Below are positions 62,863 to 64,000 of a stretch of DNA of 64,000 bases, one piece after another (position 1 is the stretch's first letter; every line of letters begins with the position of its first letter). The position numbers were made by a program, and so were the translations under genes. The DNA is from Pseudolysinimonas sp. (GTDB lineage: Bacteria; Actinomycetota; Actinomycetes; Actinomycetales; Microbacteriaceae), in assembly GCF_044239695.1 (NCBI RefSeq), contig NZ_JBIIAW010000003.1, forward strand, positions 5,316 to 69,315, written 5' to 3'. The notes under the pieces were generated by a model. It was not told the origin of the DNA, searched no databases, and was given only the letters and a program-made list of their open reading frames with translations.

Positions 62863-64000
62863 ACCTGCTGCGGCAGCTTCACGAAGAGGAACAGCACCAG
62901 GCCCACCGCGAGGATGAGCAGGATGCCGACGATGCCCCAGGCCTGCACCCCGCCCGAGAGCGCGATGAACGCGCCCCAGAGCAGCGGTGAGAAGAAGCTA
63001 GTGGCGCGGCCGGTGGTGGCGTAGAGGCCGAAGATCTCGCCCTCACGACCGGCCGGGGCGATGCGGGTCAGCAGCGAGCGGCTCGCCGTCTGCGCGGGTC
63101 CGACGAACGCCGCGAGGGTGAGCCCACCCGCCCAGAACACGGCCGGTCCGAGGTCGCGCAGAGAGAACACCAGGATGCCGACGATCACGAGGCCGGTGAG
63201 GGCGAACACGATGACGCGCTTCGGGCCGAAGGCGTCGTCGAAGCGTCCCGAGATGATCGTGCTGATCCCGGCGACGACGTTCGCGACGACACCGAAGATC
63301 ACGACGCCGAAGAAGTCGAACCCGAACGTGATCGCGGCGATCGACCCGGCGAAGGTGAAGATGCCGGCGAGCCCGTCGCGGTAGACGGCGCTCGCGAGCA
63401 GGAACCAGAAGATGCCGCGCGCCTCGCGCCACAGCTGACGGATGTCCTGGAACAGCACGACGTACGAGCGGAAGAAGTTCACGCGCGGCCGGCCCGCGGC
63501 GGGCGCGGCCTCCGGCACGGCGAGGAACAGCGGGATGCAGAAGACGAGGGTCCAGACCGCGCAGCCGACGGCGACGAGGCGGAGGCCGGTCGACTGGTCG
63601 AGCCCTGACCATCCGGAGAGCTGCCAGGCGATGACGAGCGTCAGCATGATGATGCCGCCGAGGTAGCCGAAGCCCCAGCCGAGCCCGCTGACCCGGCCGA
63701 CGGTCGACCTCGTCGAGACCTGCGTGAGCATCGCGTAGTAGTTGACGGCGGCGATCTCGCTGATGACGCTCGCGAACGCGATGAGGATCGCGCCGAAGAG
63801 GAAGTAGCCGGGCGCGGGCTCGACGAAGAACAGGGCTCCGGTGGCGACGATCAGCAGCCCTGTCCAGATGCCGAGCCACTTCTTGCGGTTGCCGGCGGCG
63901 TCGTTGCGCTGCCCGAGCACGGGGGCGACGAGCGCGATGATGAGCGCTCCGAGACCGATGATGAGCCCCATCTGACCGGACAGGTCGTCGTCGGTCTGCC
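62832..64000 (-). CDS. MFS transporter (UMF1/Atg22-like), 5' end beyond the window
   Basis: The frame stays open upstream of the first Met (63971) to the window end. About 12-TM character. Its 3' end overlaps the crtEb 3' end by 31 nt. Confidence 0.8.
   Translation of the reverse strand, partial: QTDDDLSGQMGLIIGLGALIIALVAPVLGQRNDAAGNRKKWLGIWTGLLIVATGALFFVEPAPGYFLFGAILIAFASVISEIAAVNYYAMLTQVSTRSTVGRVSGLGWGFGYLGGIIMLTLVIAWQLSGWSGLDQSTGLRLVAVGCAVWTLVFCIPLFLAVPEAAPAAGRPRVNFFRSYVVLFQDIRQLWREARGIFWFLLASAVYRDGLAGIFTFAGSIAAITFGFDFFGVVIFGVVANVVAGISTIISGRFDDAFGPKRVIVFALTGLVIVGILVFSLRDLGPAVFWAGGLTLAAFVGPAQTASRSLLTRIAPAGREGEIFGLYATTGRATSFFSPLLWGAFIALSGGVQAWGIVGILLILAVGLVLFLFVKLPQQVQGAAGATKA

Noticed and set aside
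1-64000. A window-wide look for rRNA, CRISPR arrays, IS elements/transposases, toxin-antitoxin pairs and recognisable defence systems (RM, Abi, CBASS, retron).
   Set aside because: None was recognised by motif inspection. The only RNA gene found is tRNA-Gly(CCC) plus its duplicated 3' half. Absence is limited by what can be seen without searches.

Overview
This window is the replication-origin neighbourhood of a high-G+C actinobacterial chromosome (roughly 70% by eye). Gene order and protein sequences look Micrococcales/Microbacteriaceae-like, which is an inference because no search was possible. Left to right: gyrB<-DUF721<-recF<-gnd-like<-dnaN<-[DnaA-box-rich oriC candidate]<-dnaA. Diverging from this are rpmH-rnpA-yidD-yidC-jag-rsmG-parA-parB with two parS sites. 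Next come ddl, an aminotransferase, trxA/trxB, murJ with its conserved partner, and cca, followed by rpsF-ssb-rpsR-rplI-dnaB, a phzF-like gene, purB and an LMW-PTP. After these sit a WXG100-like gene paired with a membrane cutinase-like hydrolase, a HisC-like aminotransferase, and 2-oxoacid dehydrogenase E1a/E1b/E2. znuA-znuC-znuB-zur is followed by cysteine-free rpmB-rpmG-rpsN and hup. Then come a CopD/CtaG fusion, a PIF1-like helicase, heme oxygenase and several small accessory genes. The most unusual feature is a 9.2-kb element integrated into tRNA-Gly(CCC) and bounded by 42-bp perfect direct repeats. It carries two tyrosine recombinases (one with a triplicated core-binding domain), an Xis-like HTH, PrimPol plus a DUF3631-type ATPase, and unexplained repeat arrays. 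The window ends with dcd, idi, a complete C50-carotenoid operon crtE-crtB-crtI-crtYe-crtYf-crtEb and a partial MFS gene. I saw no rRNA, CRISPR or IS/transposase. Many long ORFs in the six-frame track are high-GC shadow ORFs and were discarded. Several real genes were given internal starts. All family names come from recalled motifs and synteny, not from a database search.
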